A stretch of 63,156 nucleotides of DNA, counting the filler, from Octopus bimaculoides (Eukaryota): assembly GCF_001194135.2 (NCBI RefSeq). It is 5 parts of 5 records of this genome, joined end to end, with 100 filler letters (N's around TTAATTAATTAA, not from the genome) between each part and the next. Parts side by side here need not be neighbours in the genome. Positions count along the whole stretch, not along the records: positions 51,649 to 63,156 come from NC_068983.1; 4 more parts are not named here. One strand, written 5' to 3'. Position 1 is the stretch's first letter. Each line of letters opens with the position of its first letter. Below the pieces are notes generated by a model, which had not been told where the DNA came from, did not search any database, and worked only from the letters and a program-made list of their open reading frames with translations. Position numbers and translations under genes: made by a program. This document shows positions 62,557-63,156 of this stretch, in pieces.

Positions 62557-62936
62557 ACAGACACACACATACACACACAGACACGCACATACACGTGCAC
62601 ATACAAACATACACACACAGACACTCACACATACACATAGACCCACACACATATACACATACTCACACAGAAAGACAGACACCCTAATCTCCAGGCCATG
62701 CACCTTCACACACAACACACACACACACACTCACACACACACTAATGGGTGTGCTCATGCGAGTCTCTGTGCGACCGACTCCACGTAGCATTATGCTGCT
62801 TGGCATGATTTCAGCTCATAATGCTCTCTGTATAGCATTCTCTGAGACCGGTTACGGTCCATAAAAGGCTTCCTGTTCATTCTCTCCCTGTCGCCCTTCT
62901 CTCCTCCTCTCGTTCTCCCTCTTTATTTCTATCCAG

Positions 62937-62982
<46 letters not shown>

Positions 62983-63024
62983 ACTCTCTCTCTCTCTCTC
63001 TCTCTCTCTTTATCTCCCTCACAA

Positions 63025-63056
<32 letters not shown>

Positions 63057-63156
63057 ATGTTAATTCTCTAAATGAAGTATTAACAGTAACTGCACGATAA
63101 AGTGTAGTATATTGCCACTTAAGTGTGGCTGACCCCTAGGGGTGGATGTTACTGTT

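Overview
This is repeat-dominated, AT-rich eukaryotic genomic DNA from a gapped draft scaffold. The SINE families, microsatellite load and TE mix suggest an octopus or other cephalopod; this is inference and no database search was run. There are no prokaryotic features and no CRISPR array. The one well-supported host gene is the 3' part of a FASTK-family (FAST_2 + RAP domain) mitochondrial RNA-binding protein on the + strand. It was rebuilt by hand as five phase-consistent GT-AG exons (1986-2116, 2565-2682, 3526-3610, 4792-4906, 7319-7411 including the stop). Everything else that can be supported is transposable element or simple repeat. DNA transposons: a young cecropia-type mariner in the last intron, two DD41D/DD37D-type Tc1/mariner relics, a mariner MITE, further mariner fragments and a Tigger/pogo fragment. 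Retroelements: an RTE LINE with many head-less copies of its 3' tail, an R4/Dong-type LINE, an internally deleted Gypsy (Mag-like) element with LTRs, PBS and TSD, Penelope-like remnants (GIY-YIG, inverted pLTR, hammerhead-like motifs) and several tRNA-derived SINE families. Rolling-circle elements: two or three internally deleted Helitrons. The most unusual signals are a CpG-rich 62-bp double-hairpin tandem array (16273-16590), a 71-bp-arm hairpin next to a type I hammerhead-like motif (18695-19149), a perfect 26-bp palindrome at the Gypsy deletion junction, a MITE with a quadruplicated TIR, candidate 3-nt and 18-nt microexons in the FASTK gene, and a poly-Asp ORF with an 87-bp higher-order repeat. 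Most ORFs in the supplied track are microsatellite or N-gap artefacts.
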